In this document: positions 39,302 through 50,373 of the stretch, piece after piece | How the letters are laid out: each line of letters begins with the position of its first letter | How positions within the stretch are numbered: position 1 is the first letter of the stretch | Assembly: GCA_963843575.1 (NCBI GenBank) | Contig: CAWJKZ010000024.1 | Span: 128,001 to 192,000 of the forward strand | Source of the DNA: an uncultured Acidobacteriota bacterium | GTDB taxonomy: Bacteria > Acidobacteriota > UBA6911 | Direction of reading: 5' to 3' | Length of the DNA stretch: 64,000 bases | Translations under genes and position numbers: made by a program | The notes under the pieces: model-generated | What the model was told of the DNA's origin: nothing | What the model saw: only the letters and a program-made list of their open reading frames with translations | Databases searched by the model: none

Positions 39302-40261
39302 TCAAAACCGGAATGGCTGGAGATCCGGGGTGGCGACGGCATCCTCGGGGATACCGAGGAGGGCGAGCGGGTTCGTAAACCCGGCCTGCCAGGCTTCCTC
39401 CTCGCTCAGGAGCCCGTGCTCGCGGAGCCGGCGCATGCACTCGGCGAGGTTCAGCCCCGAGCCGACCAGGTGCATGCGGTCCAGGTTCTGGATTCGGCCC
39501 GACTGCGTGAGGCGCACCCTGTTGCCCAGCGTTTCGTATTCGCCCGGTGGAAAGCCCGCGATTGGGGCGCAGTCCGACACGATAAAGACCTTCCCGATCC
39601 CTTTGCAGCGCAGGGCCACCCGGATGAAGTCGTCCGGCAGGTGGTGGCCGTCGCCGATCAGACCCGCGTGGAGAGTGTCGTCCGCGAGCTGGTAGACCAG
39701 GATGTTCTCGTGCCGCGGGAGCATATTCGGGCAGCCGTTCCCCAGGTGGGTGACCATGGTCGCGCCTGCCGAGGCGGCGGCGCGCAACACATCCCGCGGT
39801 GCGAGGTGATGACCGAGCGAGACCAGGGTGCGATGGTGCGCGACGATGTGGCCGATCAGCGGGATTGCTCCGGGCAATTCGGGTGCAAGCGTCAGGAGCG
39901 CGATCCTTCCCCTTGCCCACTCCTGGAAACGATCGAACTCGCCGGGATTCGGGAGGCGCATCAGTTCGGCGGCGTGGGCCCCGCGCGCCCCTTCCTCCCG
40001 GGAAAGGTAAGGCCCTTCCATGTGGATCCCGAGCAGGCGCCCCCGGATGCCGGGTTCCTCCATGGCTTCGGCGATCAGCGGAAGGTTGCGCCGGTAGATC
40101 GCCATGTCCGAAGTCACAAGGGTCGCGCAGTACCCGATCACCCCCCGGGCCACCATCTCGTTGGTTATGCGACGCACGTCGTCGCGCGTCAGGGCGGGGG
40201 AGACGAAGTCCACCCCCAGGTATCCGTTCACCTGCAGATCCACGAAGCCCTTGTGTTTCAT
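39302..40261 (-). CDS. nagA: N-acetylglucosamine-6-phosphate deacetylase-like amidohydrolase
   Basis: GFVDLQVNG, GIHMEGPYL, GAH, TLAPE, THLGN, DGHH, VSD. Confidence 0.82.
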   Translation of the reverse strand: MKHKGFVDLQVNGYLGVDFVSPALTRDDVRRITNEMVARGVIGYCATLVTSDMAIYRRNLPLIAEAMEEPGIRGRLLGIHMEGPYLSREEGARGAHAAELMRLPNPGEFDRFQEWARGRIALLTLAPELPGAIPLIGHIVAHHRTLVSLGHHLAPRDVLRAAASAGATMVTHLGNGCPNMLPRHENILVYQLADDTLHAGLIGDGHHLPDDFIRVALRCKGIGKVFIVSDCAPIAGFPPGEYETLGNRVRLTQSGRIQNLDRMHLVGSGLNLAECMRRLREHGLLSEEEAWQAGFTNPLALLGIPEDAVATPDLQPFRF

Positions 40262-40325
40262 GTGACCCCCGTTTGTTTACCATCGCCTGCGTATATCACG
40301 CCGCAGCCCTGAGCAACCCCCTCAA

Positions 40326-40429
40326 GTGGGTCCGGGCTTCAACCCGGACGCTGTTTGCGGTCGCTATAACGTGCGCTTGTCGCCACATAGATCAGACCCA
40401 AAGACGTCCGGGCTGAAGCCCGGACCCAC
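40326..40429. repeat. REP doublet (REPIN-like), family C
   Basis: GTGGGTCCGGGCTTCAACCCGGACG (40326-40350) and inverted copy at 40405-40429, 24/25; each unit internally palindromic. Confidence 0.85.
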
Positions 40430-40452
40430 GTCTCTTGCGGGCAGGCCGGGTC

Positions 40453-41328
40453 TCAAAAGAACCCCGGAAGGCTCAGCAGGGGGTACGTCCTCCACCCGTC
40501 TCGATATAGGCGGTGGTGGTGCACCGAAACGGCCGTGCCGTCCAGGGTCATCTCGAGCAGGGTTGCCCGCGCCCCGGACCGGCGGCCCGCCTTCAGGGCG
40601 GGCCCCGGGATTGAGGCAGAGGGTCCGGGGCAGGGCGCTCGGGACAAAGCACCATGTCGAGTGGATGTGCCCGCAGCAGTATATGTTCGGCACCTGATCC
40701 CGAAGGAACCGCCTGAGGTCGTCAACGCCGCGCAAGCGGTGCCACCGCCCCTCGACAATCCCGTCAGGCAACTCGACCGGATAGTGGCAGGCTACCACAA
40801 GCCTTTCGAGGCGTGGTCCGAAACCGTCGATGAGCGTCTGAGCCCTGTCGAGCTGGGGTCGCGGAGATCGTCCCAACCGCCGAGAACGCATTCGGGTGGG
40901 TGGGATCGAGACCCAGCAGGGCGGTCCGGGCGTCGAGTTCCTTCAGCCACGGATAATCGGACGACGGGGCGAACGGGGCGAAATACTTCTCGAACAGATG
41001 TTGCCGCGCCGCCGGGCGCGTGTACCGGTCGTGGTTTCCCGGGATCACGCTGGTGTTCCCGCGAACCTGCGCCGAGCCCGGCAAGCGCGGCCGAGGCGGC
41101 CGCGAACTCCCGGTCCAGGGCGGTGGTGGTCATGTCCCCGGTCACGAGAAGGTGATCGGGGGCGGTCGCCCGGATGCGGTCGATCAGGGCCGGAGCGGTC
41201 GAGAGGCGGTACTTCCACGCTCGGTTCAAGATGAGGTTGCTCATCCCCAGGAGGCGTTTTCCTGCGAGCCGCGCCGGATTGAGGGTAATGTGCCAGAAGT
41301 GCAGGTCTGAGATTTGGACGATGCGCAT
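40453..41328 (-). CDS. Calcineurin-like metallophosphoesterase (about three frameshifts)
   Basis: ISDLH, TGD, PGNHD, CHYP, GHIH motifs spread over four ORF fragments. Confidence 0.8.
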
Positions 41329-41346
41329 CGGTTCACAAGGGGAAGG

Positions 41347-42724
41347 TCACAGGGGAATACGCAGCAGAGCCCTGCATCCTGGACTGCCGGCCCGGTTGGC
41401 GAGGGCGAGGCTGCCGCCGTGGGCTTCGGCAATCTGCCGGCAAAGCACCAGGCCGATTCCCGAGCCGTGAGGCTTGGTGGTAAAGAACGGCACGAACAGG
41501 TTGGCGGTGTTCGACAGGCCGGGGCCCTCGTCGTCCACCCACACCTCCAGGCGGGTGGGGGACCGGCTCCAGCCGGCGGCCACGCCGCCGCCCGTCGACT
41601 GCACCGCGTCGACGGCGTTGCGGAGCAGGTTGATGAGCAGCTGATCGAGTTGGTCGCCGTCTGCCTCGATCTTCAGCTCCGGTCCCTCGACGCAGGTGAC
41701 GTGGAGGCGCGTCTCGAGCCGCACCACGCGTCGCACCCAGGCGCCCACGTCCATGGGCTGCTTGCGCGGCGGCGGCAGTTGGGCCAGCCGCGAGTATCCT
41801 TCCATGAAGCGGCTCAGCGCCTCCCCACGATTCCCGATCACCGCCAGCCCCCTGCGCATGTCGTCGAGCCAGTCCTCGGGGCGAGGTTCCTTGGTCAGGA
41901 GGCTGTCCAGGCTTGCGGCGATCGACTTGATCGGGGTCAAGGAGTTGTTGAGTTCGTGTCCCAGGACGCGGATGAGGCGCTTCCACGCCATCCTCTCCTC
42001 CTCGCGCAGGGCACGGCTCAGATCGGACATGACCAGGAGCTGATGCGGCAGGCCGGCCTGCCGAAAGGTGGTGCGCCGTATTTCCCAGCGCCCGGCGCCG
42101 CCCGACAGCGAAAACTCGACGACACGGGACTCCTCTCCCTGCAGGCAGTCGGCGAGCCCAAGCTCGCCGGCCGTCTTGCCGCGGAGGCGTTCGGCGGGCT
42201 GCCCGAGCAGGCGCTCCCCGGTCCTGTTGACCAGACGAAGGTTCGAATCCTGATCGAACGCGAACACTGCGACGTCGATTTCTTCCATCACCTTGGTGAG
42301 GAGCTTGGTTGCCTCCAGCGCCCCCAGCCGCTGTTCGCGCAACGTCGCCCCCAGCGCGTTCACCTCGAGGGCTACGCCGCCCAGCGTGTCCTCGGGATCC
42401 GCCTCCCGCGCCCGGATGGAAAAATCCCCTTCACGGAGCGCGGCGAGGAGGTTGGAGATCGTCTTGAGCGGCACTACCACGCGGGCCCGCAGCCCAAAGG
42501 AGAAACCGAGCCAGCAGGAAACCACAAGCACGCCCAAGAGTCCACTGCACCTTGGGGCTGAAACCGCCCAACCACAGAAGGACGAGGCAGACAACCACCG
42601 CGGGCAATCCGGCGGCAAGCGCCAGCATCACGATGGTCGAATCGTGCCTGAGGTGTACCCAATGGTGTCGCCCGCGCTGCGGCGCGGCGGAAGTCGCAAC
42701 AGCGCGGGGCGCTTGCGCCCTCAT
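41347..42724 (-). CDS. Sensor histidine kinase with HAMP/PAS (frameshift near 42540)
   Basis: LGHELNNSLTPI, NLLRNA, DEGPG, FFTTK, GSGIGL. Confidence 0.88.
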
Positions 42725-42750
42725 AGGAACTCACCTCGGCAAGTTGGATA

Positions 42751-42798
42751 GCGGCGCCCAGGCGCCGCCCCAAAGCGGCGTCGAGCCGCCGCACTCCA
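42751..42798. repeat. Family B half element
   Basis: GCGGCGCCCAGGCGCCGC..AAAGCGGCGTCGAGCCGCCGCACTCCA. Confidence 0.75.
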
Positions 42799-42800
42799 CA

Positions 42801-44174
42801 TTACATCCCGAAGCGCTGGAGCCTGCGGTAAAGGGCGCTGCGGCTCAGCCCAAGCGCTTCCGCCGCGCGGAGGACGTTGCCGTCGTAGCGCGCGAGCGTC
42901 TTCTTAATCAGGTAACACTCCACCTCTTCGAGGCTCATGTCCTCGAGCCGGGAGGACACCTCCCGCGCGGGTCTCACCGCGAGATCGGTCGGGCGGATCG
43001 CGGGGCCCTGTGCCATCAGGACCGACCGTTCCACCGCGTGGTCCAGTTCGCGGATGTTGCCGGGCCAGTTGTGCTCGAGCAGGATCTGGAGGGCCGCGTC
43101 GTCGAAGCCCGTCAGGATCTTCCGGTAGCGCATCGAGTGCTGGCGCAGGAAGTGCTGGGCCAGCAGGGGGATGTCGGCCCGCCTCTCCCTCAGTGGCGGC
43201 AGGCGGATCTCGATCGTGTTGAGGCGGTACAGGAGATCCTGCCGGAACCGGCCGGCGCTCACCTCCTCCCCGATGTCCGCGTTGGTCGCGGAGAGGATGC
43301 GCACGTCCGCTTTCCGGGTCCTCGAGGAGCCGACCCGTTCGAACTCGCCTGTTTCCAGGACCCGCAGCAACTTGTTCTGCAGGTTGAGGGGGACGTTGGC
43401 GATCTCGTCCAGAAACAGGGTGCCGCCCTCGGCCAGTTCGAACCTGCCCACCCTGTCCGCCTTCGCGTCCGTGAAGGCCCCTTTGATGTGCCCGAACAGT
43501 TCGCTTTCGAACACCCCCTCCGACAGGCCGCCGGCGTTGACCGTAACCATCGGTTTGGAGGCGCGGGCCGAGACCGCGTGCAGCGTCTGCGCCACGACCT
43601 CCTTGCCTGTGCCGTGTTCGCCCGTTATCAGCACGTTGGCGTCGGAGGGGCCGACCCGGGCGATCAGATCCAGGATCGGTCTCATGTTGGCCGACTCGGC
43701 GATGAGTCGTGGCCGCCCCTCGCTCCGCAGGAGCTTGTTTTCGGCTTCGAGGCGCTGTCCCTTGCGCAGCGCCCGGCTCAGCTCGACCTGGGTTCTCAGG
43801 ATCGAAAGGAGGCGCGCGTTGTCCCACGGCTTCTGCACGAAGTCCCTGGCGCCGCGACGCATGGCTTCGACCGCGACCTCAACGCTGCCCCAGGCGGTCA
43901 TCACGACGATCGGCAGGGTATTGTCGATCATCTGGATCCTCGACAACAGGTCCAGCCCTTCCTGCCCGGATGTCGTGTCGCGCGCGTAGTTCAGGTCCAT
44001 CAGGACGGTGTCGAACTCGCGCGTTTCCAGCGCCTGGAGTATCCCGGCAGGGGAAGCCGCCGCCTCGGTCCGGAACCCCTCCCCTTTGAGCAGCATCCGC
44101 AGGGCTTCGAGCACGTCAGGCTGGTCGTCCGCGATCAATATTCTCGAAGTGCTTGTTGTATCGTGATAGGTCAT
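42801..44174 (-). CDS. Sigma54-dependent response regulator (NtrC family)
   Basis: REC (IADD, MDLN, QKPW), GEHGTGKE, GAFTDA, FLDEI, WPGNIREL, Fis HTH. Confidence 0.95.
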   Translation of the reverse strand: MTYHDTTSTSRILIADDQPDVLEALRMLLKGEGFRTEAAASPAGILQALETREFDTVLMDLNYARDTTSGQEGLDLLSRIQMIDNTLPIVVMTAWGSVEVAVEAMRRGARDFVQKPWDNARLLSILRTQVELSRALRKGQRLEAENKLLRSEGRPRLIAESANMRPILDLIARVGPSDANVLITGEHGTGKEVVAQTLHAVSARASKPMVTVNAGGLSEGVFESELFGHIKGAFTDAKADRVGRFELAEGGTLFLDEIANVPLNLQNKLLRVLETGEFERVGSSRTRKADVRILSATNADIGEEVSAGRFRQDLLYRLNTIEIRLPPLRERRADIPLLAQHFLRQHSMRYRKILTGFDDAALQILLEHNWPGNIRELDHAVERSVLMAQGPAIRPTDLAVRPAREVSSRLEDMSLEEVECYLIKKTLARYDGNVLRAAEALGLSRSALYRRLQRFGM

Positions 44175-44261
44175 GCGAGCCCTGCCTGCGCACGTGCCAC
44201 TGTGCGAATCAAAAGTATAGGGCGGATGGAGGTCTTTGCGGTAGCACTCCTTTGGGCGGCA

Positions 44262-44348
44262 CTCGGAGATTCTTCGAGTCCTTCGAGCCTTAGAGGCAAA
44301 TTCCAGCAGCCCACCTCCAAGGCTCGAAGGCCTCGAGGAATCTCCGAG
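44262..44348. repeat. Complete family D palindrome
   Basis: 35-bp arms 44262-44296 and 44314-44348, 32/35 inverted, 17-nt spacer, ~9-bp CTCGAAG periodicity. Confidence 0.85.
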
Positions 44349-44480
44349 GTTTTTGTTCAAAAAGGTGCGGCGGGGTCCGGGCACAACGGCCGAGGGCGGC
44401 CGGGAAAAGACCGCGAGATCCGGGAGTGCGCGATTATATCGGCGATCGTAAAACCTGAACGCGGAGGTTCAGCTCAGATG

Positions 44481-44511
44481 GAAAAGGCCGGGCAGATCGC
44501 CCGGCCTTTTC
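44481..44511. terminator. Rho-independent terminator after TonB receptor gene
   Basis: GAAAAGGCCGGGC-AGATC-GCCCGGCCTTTTC, perfect 13-bp inverted repeat. Confidence 0.75.
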
Positions 44512-44539
44512 TCCGACACGGCGCGCTCGAACGTTCGGT

Positions 44540-47500
44540 CTAGAAGAAGTACTTCAACCCGAACTGGAGGTTGCGAGCGTTCTGGACTTGGGCCGTGATC
44601 TGGCCGAAGGTTCCGAGGTTGGTGATGTCGCGTCCCGGAGGGCCGAAGCTCACGTGGTTGAGGGCGTTGAAGAACTCGACGCGGAAGTCGAAACGCTGCG
44701 TTTCGGTGACGTGGAACTTCTTGCCGATGGAAAGGTCGAGGTTGAAGAAGCTCGGCGCGCGCTCGGTGCCGACGCCGGCGTTGCCGAACGAGCCGAAAGC
44801 CGGTATGCCGTACGCGCAGGTGCCGTTGTCCGCGCCCGCCCCACAGAAGGTCGTCGCGTCCACCGGCCCGAAGAACCGATCGACCGTGCTGGTCGAGACG
44901 TTGATCTTGCGATACTGGTTGGCCTCACGTTGCCGCGGACCGACTGCAGGGTGTTCGCCTGGTGGGCGCTGGCAAAGAGCGTGACCGGGAAGCCGGAGTG
45001 CGCGGACACCAAGTAATTGAGGTTCCACCCGCCGAGGATCAGATCAACCGCCTTCCCCATATTGCTGCCGAACATCTGGTTCTTGCCGAACGGCAGGTTG
45101 GCCAGACCGCCGAAGGAGACGTTGTGTGTGGCATCGAAGCAGGCAGGGCCGTAGTTGCCGCGTCGGTTGTAGGCATCCTGCCAGTAGGCGCCTTCGGCGC
45201 TGGTCGACCCGCAGCCGTAGTAGCCAAGGTTGTCGGTCAGGGTCTTGGAGAACGTGTATTGGCCGAGGAGTTCGAATCCGGCGCTCAGACGCTTACGTAC
45301 ACTGGTCTGCAGCGCGTTGTAGGCCATGGTTCCGCTGGATTCGGTCAGCGCGATATTGCCCAGGTTTGGCAAGACCTTGGCCAGCGGCCGGCGGGTATTG
45401 AGGGCGGCCCACGTCTTGGGATCGCCACTACCCGGCAGCGGCTGGTTGGCCTCGTGCGGCACCACCAGGTGAGTACCGTTCTGGCCGACATACGCCACGC
45501 TGGCCGAGGTGCTCTGGGAACCTGGTATTCGAGCGTGAAGTTGTACTGGCTGGTGAACTGCGGCCGCAGGTTCAGATCCCAGGCGCGCCCCTGATCGAGT
45601 AAGCCGTGACGCCCGCGCTGTCGAACTTCAGGCCCGGCGGGACATCGGAGAAACCGATGGCGATGTTGCCGGGGCACCGACGTCATAGTTGACATTGCTC
45701 TCGATTGAGAACGGAGGATTCAGCGGCAGGCGCAGGTTGGCGCCCGTGCCCTCCAGGAAGCTGGTAAACGCATATCCTGCGCGCACCACCAGCTTGTTCC
45801 TGAACATCTCGGGGTCCAGGCGATGCCGATGCGCGGCATGAACTGCTTGTAGTAAGGATTGATACAGCGCGCGGCCGAATTGCCGTCTTCGCCGGGATAG
45901 AGCAGCTCGCCGGTGTAGGTGTTGATGTTCACCTGGCGGTCGGCGACCTCGTAAATCGGGTGTCATATATTCCCAGCGCAGCCGAGATTCATGGTCAGAT
46001 TGCGCTTGGCCTTCCAGTCGTCCTGGAAGAAGAGGCCGTTGCGCCAGTGGCGATGGCCCCACTTGCCGGTGACCGCGCCGCGGCCCTTTATCGCGAGCTG
46101 GTTCAGCAGGAAGTCGGCATAGTCGAGGCCCGAAAAGCTCCCGTCGTAGGTGAAGAAACCCAGCGCGCCGTTGTTGCCGGCGTAGTAGCGGTTCTGCTGA
46201 TGCGCAGTATCTGTCCGCCCATCTTCAGCAGGTGGGCGCCGCTGGAATAGGTCAGAGTATCGTTGAACTGATACTTGTTATCCATGGTTGAGCCGATGGT
46301 GGCACCGGAACCGATGCTGGTCAGGCCGCCGCCGACGCTGACAGAACTGAGCCCGGGAATGGGCTGGCCGCCGGCGATGCCGAACTTGGAGTTGCCGTCC
46401 GAGCCCAACAACCCGGACCAATCGTAAGCGCTATCGTCGATGCCGATGCGGCTGTAGCCGATACGCATCTCGTTGACCACGCGCGGGGAGAACGTCCGGG
46501 TCCAGCCGACCTGGGTGCTCAGGGTCGGGCCATCGGTCCCGCCGGTCATCTGAACGGGCAGCACCGTGCGCGAAGTCAAGCTCTTGTAATACGCGCTGGA
46601 CCACCGCCCAAAGATAGGTCTTGTCGCTCAGCCGAAAATCGACTTTGGCATCGCCCTGGTGGTTGCGCAGAAGACTGGCCGTACCGGAGGCGTAGTTGCT
46701 GGTGACACCCAGAGCCCCGGTCCCGGTTGTTGGGCAGCGGATAGAGTTCGGGGTGCGTGAACAGCTCTTGGCCACCGGGTTCACGATGCGGTTCTCGGGA
46801 ATGATGTTGCCTGGGAACGGCTGGCCCGTAAGCGGATCTTAACGATCTGCGCTGTGGTCAGGAAAGCCGAGAGGTCGCCGGTGCGCCAGGCGGCGGGAGC
46901 GACGGTGGCCGTACCGGTGCCGGATCCGCGCTGCTCCGTGCCTTCGTAGTCGATGAAGAAGAACACCTTGCTCTTGACGATGGGGCCGCCGAAGGTGCCG
47001 CCGAAGATGTTGCGGTGAAAGGGAGCCCGCTTGCGGTCGCGGCCGACCGGTTGGTGAAGAAACCGTTGGCGTCCAACTGGTCGTTGCGCAGGAACTCGAA
47101 GACGTTGCCGTGGAACTTATTGGTGCCGCTCTTGATCGTCATGTTGACAATGGCGCCGCCCACGTTGCCGAACTCGCCACGCGCCGTTGCCGGTGATGAC
47201 CTTCACCTCTTCGAGCGCGTCCACGTTCGGGTTGTAGCCGATGCGGTTGTCGATCGAGTCGTTGACGTCGACGCCGTCGAGCAGGAAGTTGTTGGTCTGC
47301 TCGCGGTTGCCGTTCACCTGCGGACGGCTGCCGCTGCCCTGGAAGCGGCCCGACGTGTTCATCGCATTCGGGCTGGTGCTGATGGCGCCCGGGATCAGCA
47401 GCGTCAGGCTGGCGAAGTTGCGGCCGTTCAGAGGAATGGACTCGAGCTTCGTGGAGGTGAGCGAATCGCCGGTTGCCGTCGATTCGGTTTGCAGAATCGG

Positions 47501-47872
47501 GGCGACGGCCGTGATCTCGACGGTCTGCGCGGTACGCCGACCTCAAGCTTCACGTCCACGCGCGCAATCTGGTTGACTTCCAGGGCGAATGGGCCCAGGG
47601 CGGACCTTTTTGAATCCCTGCAGCTCTGCCTGGCCGCCACGGTGTAGTTGCCGACGGGCAGGAACAGCAGGTTGTAGAGACACCGGCCGCGTTGGTCGTC
47701 GCCTTAAATGTCAGGTTCGTGCCCGTGTTGGTCGCGACCACTGTGACGCCAGGCACGACGGCTCCGGTGGGATCTGACGCCGTACCCGTTATGGTGCCGG
47801 TAATCGTCTGTGCGATTGCCAGTCCGGTGCCGCACCACAGAGCACCAGCACTAATCCAATTGCTTTCTTCAT
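44540..47872 (-). CDS. Oar-like TonB-dependent receptor with carboxypeptidase-regulatory N-domain (many frameshifts)
   Basis: [11 protein letters not shown] signal; [47 protein letters not shown]-terminal [11 protein letters not shown]. Confidence 0.88.
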
Positions 47873-47953
47873 CACGTTTTTCCTTTCAGAAAAGTTGATG
47901 AGCCCCGCACAGAAATCGACTGTGTGAAAGCATTGGCATGCGTACTCCAGGGT

Positions 47954-47967
47954 TGTTAACGCTGCCA
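47954..47967. promoter_or_regulatory. Candidate LacI-family operator upstream of TonB receptor
   Basis: TGTTAACGCTGCCA, imperfect palindrome with central CG. Confidence 0.35.
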
Positions 47968-48082
47968 GGGCGCCCAAGCTGGATTCCCTCCAGGTCACCT
48001 GCAGACACATTCAGCTGAGCAGAGGCATCTTAGCACTTTTGCTTCGAGGTAGCCCGATTTTAGAGGCGATCACTGCGGAGCC

Positions 48083-48290
48083 CGTATTCGGGCGGGTTCG
48101 GCCGAATTCGTCGTGACGCAGCTGCGAATGCCCTGCTCCAAACTCGGGATTCGATTCGATCGTCCGGATATGGTCAAGCGCTTTCTTCGGAGCGGACGCA
48201 CGGGTTTCTATCTCAGGGTTCTTCGCGAGGGAGAAGTCGGAACGGGCGATAAGATCGAGTACGGGGATCCGCAGGACAAGGGACTGACCA
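48083..48290 (+). pseudogene. MOSC (YiiM-like) internal fragment
   Basis: RIRAGSAEFVVTQLRMPCSKLGIRF..RTGFYLRVLREGEVGTGD; no N-terminus. Confidence 0.75.
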
Positions 48291-48292
48291 TA

Positions 48293-48381
48293 CACGGCAT
48301 CCGCATCAACGAACGATGGCGGGTCTGCTTCGGTGGGAAGAGGGGAACGCCTTCGACGTCGAGATCGTCGATTACCACTGA
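48293..48381 (+). pseudogene. HigB (RelE-like) toxin C-terminal fragment
   Basis: HGIRINERWRVCF / WEEGNAFDVEIVDYH* with a 1-nt shift; N-terminal half absent. Confidence 0.75.
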
Positions 48382-48394
48382 GGGATTTGGCAAT

Positions 48395-48655
48395 ATGGGC
48401 AGGAAACTCCTGGACCCGATTCCACCTGGCGAGATACTTCTCGAGGAGTTCATGCGGCCTTTGGGTATCGGCATGAACCGGCTCGCCCGCGACATCGATG
48501 TGCCGCCCAAGCGGATCAGCGCCATTGTACGCGGCAGGCGGGCGATCACGGCAGATACTGCACTCCGGCTCGGGAAATATTTCGGCGTCTCACCGGAGAT
48601 CTGGCTGGACCTGCAGTCCGACTACGACCTCAGGGTGTTTCGCCGCACGGATTAG
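48395..48655 (+). CDS. higA: HigA family antitoxin (Xre HTH)
   Basis: PIPPGEILLEEFMRPLG, RISAIVRGRRAITADTALRLGKYFG, WLDLQSDYDL. Confidence 0.88.
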   Translation: MGRKLLDPIPPGEILLEEFMRPLGIGMNRLARDIDVPPKRISAIVRGRRAITADTALRLGKYFGVSPEIWLDLQSDYDLRVFRRTD

Positions 48656-48756
48656 ATCATGGGTCACGTTTCAACGTAAGTTCTCCACCAGCATCAGGTC
48701 GCTGCCGGTTCGATCCGGCGTCCAGGCTAGGGTCCCGGCCGCCGATCAGCGTTTAG

Positions 48757-49104
48757 TGGTGGAGGTGGCGGGAATCGAACCCGCGTCCGAAGGCCTTCAG
48801 CTAACAGAGCCTACATGCGTATCCGGTTCGTTGAGTTTCGCGAGCACTCCGTTCGAGCCCGGCAAGTGCGGAGCGTCGCTAGCCCCTTTAGTTTCGGCGG
48901 GCGTCCCAGGGCTCGAACGCCAACCTAGCCTGCTAGTGGCGTCTCGGCCCGACCTCGCAGGCAAGATCGGCGAGACGTGACCGCCTAAGCGGCCAGTGCT
49001 AACTGAGTGTCAGCAGTTGTGTTTTTTCCACGTTTTAACGAGTCGCGGAGCGCTCGGCATGCCTCTGTTGCCTCTATGACCCCCGTCGAAACCAGGTCAC
49101 CCCC
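48757..49104 (-). ncRNA. ssrA: tmRNA
   Basis: 5' GGGGGTGACCTGGTTTCGAC; 3' GCGGGTTCGATTCCCGCCACCTCCACCA with G3:U70; tag frame ADTQLALAA* at 49014-48985; TATAAT upstream at 49123-49128. Confidence 0.96.
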
Positions 49105-49226
49105 ATTTCATCTACCGGAATTATTATAGCGCACCATCCGCGCACGGCGCCACCCGGAGCCTCGTGGCCCGCGGCGGCTCGAGCGCCGCCCCCTGGCTCC
49201 GGAAATTCAAATTCTTGCATTAGTGG

Positions 49227-49255
49227 TTGACACGTCCGGCCCCGGTAAATAGAAT
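49227..49255 (+). promoter_or_regulatory. Sigma70 promoter of M23 peptidase gene
   Basis: TTGACA-N17-TAGAAT. Confidence 0.75.
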
Positions 49256-49366
49256 GCCGCAATCTAATCGAACGCCCGTCTTCTTACGGTCGGACCTCCA
49301 TTGGAGGTCAACTGGCTTTTCACGACCCTGGCAGCCAGTTTGTTCTTTTCATCGAAGGGGAATCCG

Positions 49367-50260
49367 ATGCTCAACAAAAGGCTTTATACGTTCATTGTAG
49401 CGAGCCATGCGGATGGCAGACTCTGGCGGCTGTCGCTTCCCTATCCGGCGCTCGTGGCAGTAGCGGGGTTTGCATTGATAGGCGTCGTCACCGCCGGTGT
49501 CGCCGCATATGATTACGGCAGAACGCTTTTAAAGCTTTCCGATTACACGCGCGTGCTTGCCGAAAACGATTTGTTTCGTTCTGAAAACCACAACTACCGG
49601 ATCCAGACCGCCCAGTTGGGCGAGAAGCTGGACTTCCTCGAGACCACCTACCGTAAGCTCGCAGTCATCACCGGGATGAACTCCGACAAGGGCGTGGGGG
49701 GTGTCGGCGGCTATTCGTCCAGCAGCTTCAGCCAGCCCCTGCCTGCATCGGCCGGGACCCTTCAGTCCATCGACGGCTACAACAGGAAGCTCGCCTCACT
49801 GGGCGACAAGTACAGGAGAATCGAAGACAGCCTTTCCTACAAGTCGCTGCTGGATTCGACGATCCCTTCCGTCTGGCCCGTGCGGGGATATGTGACGGGC
49901 GGACTCGGCCGCAGGGAAGATCCGATTACCGGCATCGGCACCGACATGCACACGGGCGTGGACATATCGGCCCCCTACGGGAAACAGGTGATGGCCCCGG
50001 CCGACGGCACGGTGATATTTGCAGGGTACCGCGCAGGATACGGCAACATCATCGTGCTCGACCACCGGTTCGACATCACGACGCGCTACGGCCACCTCTC
50101 GCGCTTCAACGTCCAGGTCGGCCAGCACGTCACCCGAGGCGACATCATCGGGTACGTGGGTACCTCCGGCAGGTCCACCGGCCCGCACCTCCACTTCGAG
50201 GTCCGGATCCACAACCAGCCGAAGAATCCCAAAGCGTTTATTCATTCAGCGAACGGATAG
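49367..50260 (+). CDS. M23 family metallopeptidase
   Basis: TM plus coiled coil; WPVRG, HTGVD, YGHLS, STGPHLHFEV. Confidence 0.93.
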   Translation: MLNKRLYTFIVASHADGRLWRLSLPYPALVAVAGFALIGVVTAGVAAYDYGRTLLKLSDYTRVLAENDLFRSENHNYRIQTAQLGEKLDFLETTYRKLAVITGMNSDKGVGGVGGYSSSSFSQPLPASAGTLQSIDGYNRKLASLGDKYRRIEDSLSYKSLLDSTIPSVWPVRGYVTGGLGRREDPITGIGTDMHTGVDISAPYGKQVMAPADGTVIFAGYRAGYGNIIVLDHRFDITTRYGHLSRFNVQVGQHVTRGDIIGYVGTSGRSTGPHLHFEVRIHNQPKNPKAFIHSANG

Positions 50261-50373
50261 CGCGTCGGTAGAAGTCCTTCCGCTGTCCTCCGGCTTTTTT
50301 CCCCGTATCCTCGTGGCGTTGTCTTTGTCCGTCTTTGCCCCGCGGCTCGAGATTTGTCAGGGGGACGGACGTC

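Noticed and set aside
43462-43482. GAFTDA instead of GAFTGA in the sigma54 activator
   Set aside because: Common variant in this family; not evidence of novelty
48681-48692. TTCTCCACCA as an att duplication of the tmRNA 3' end
   Set aside because: Short and in inverted orientation relative to ssrA; no integrase
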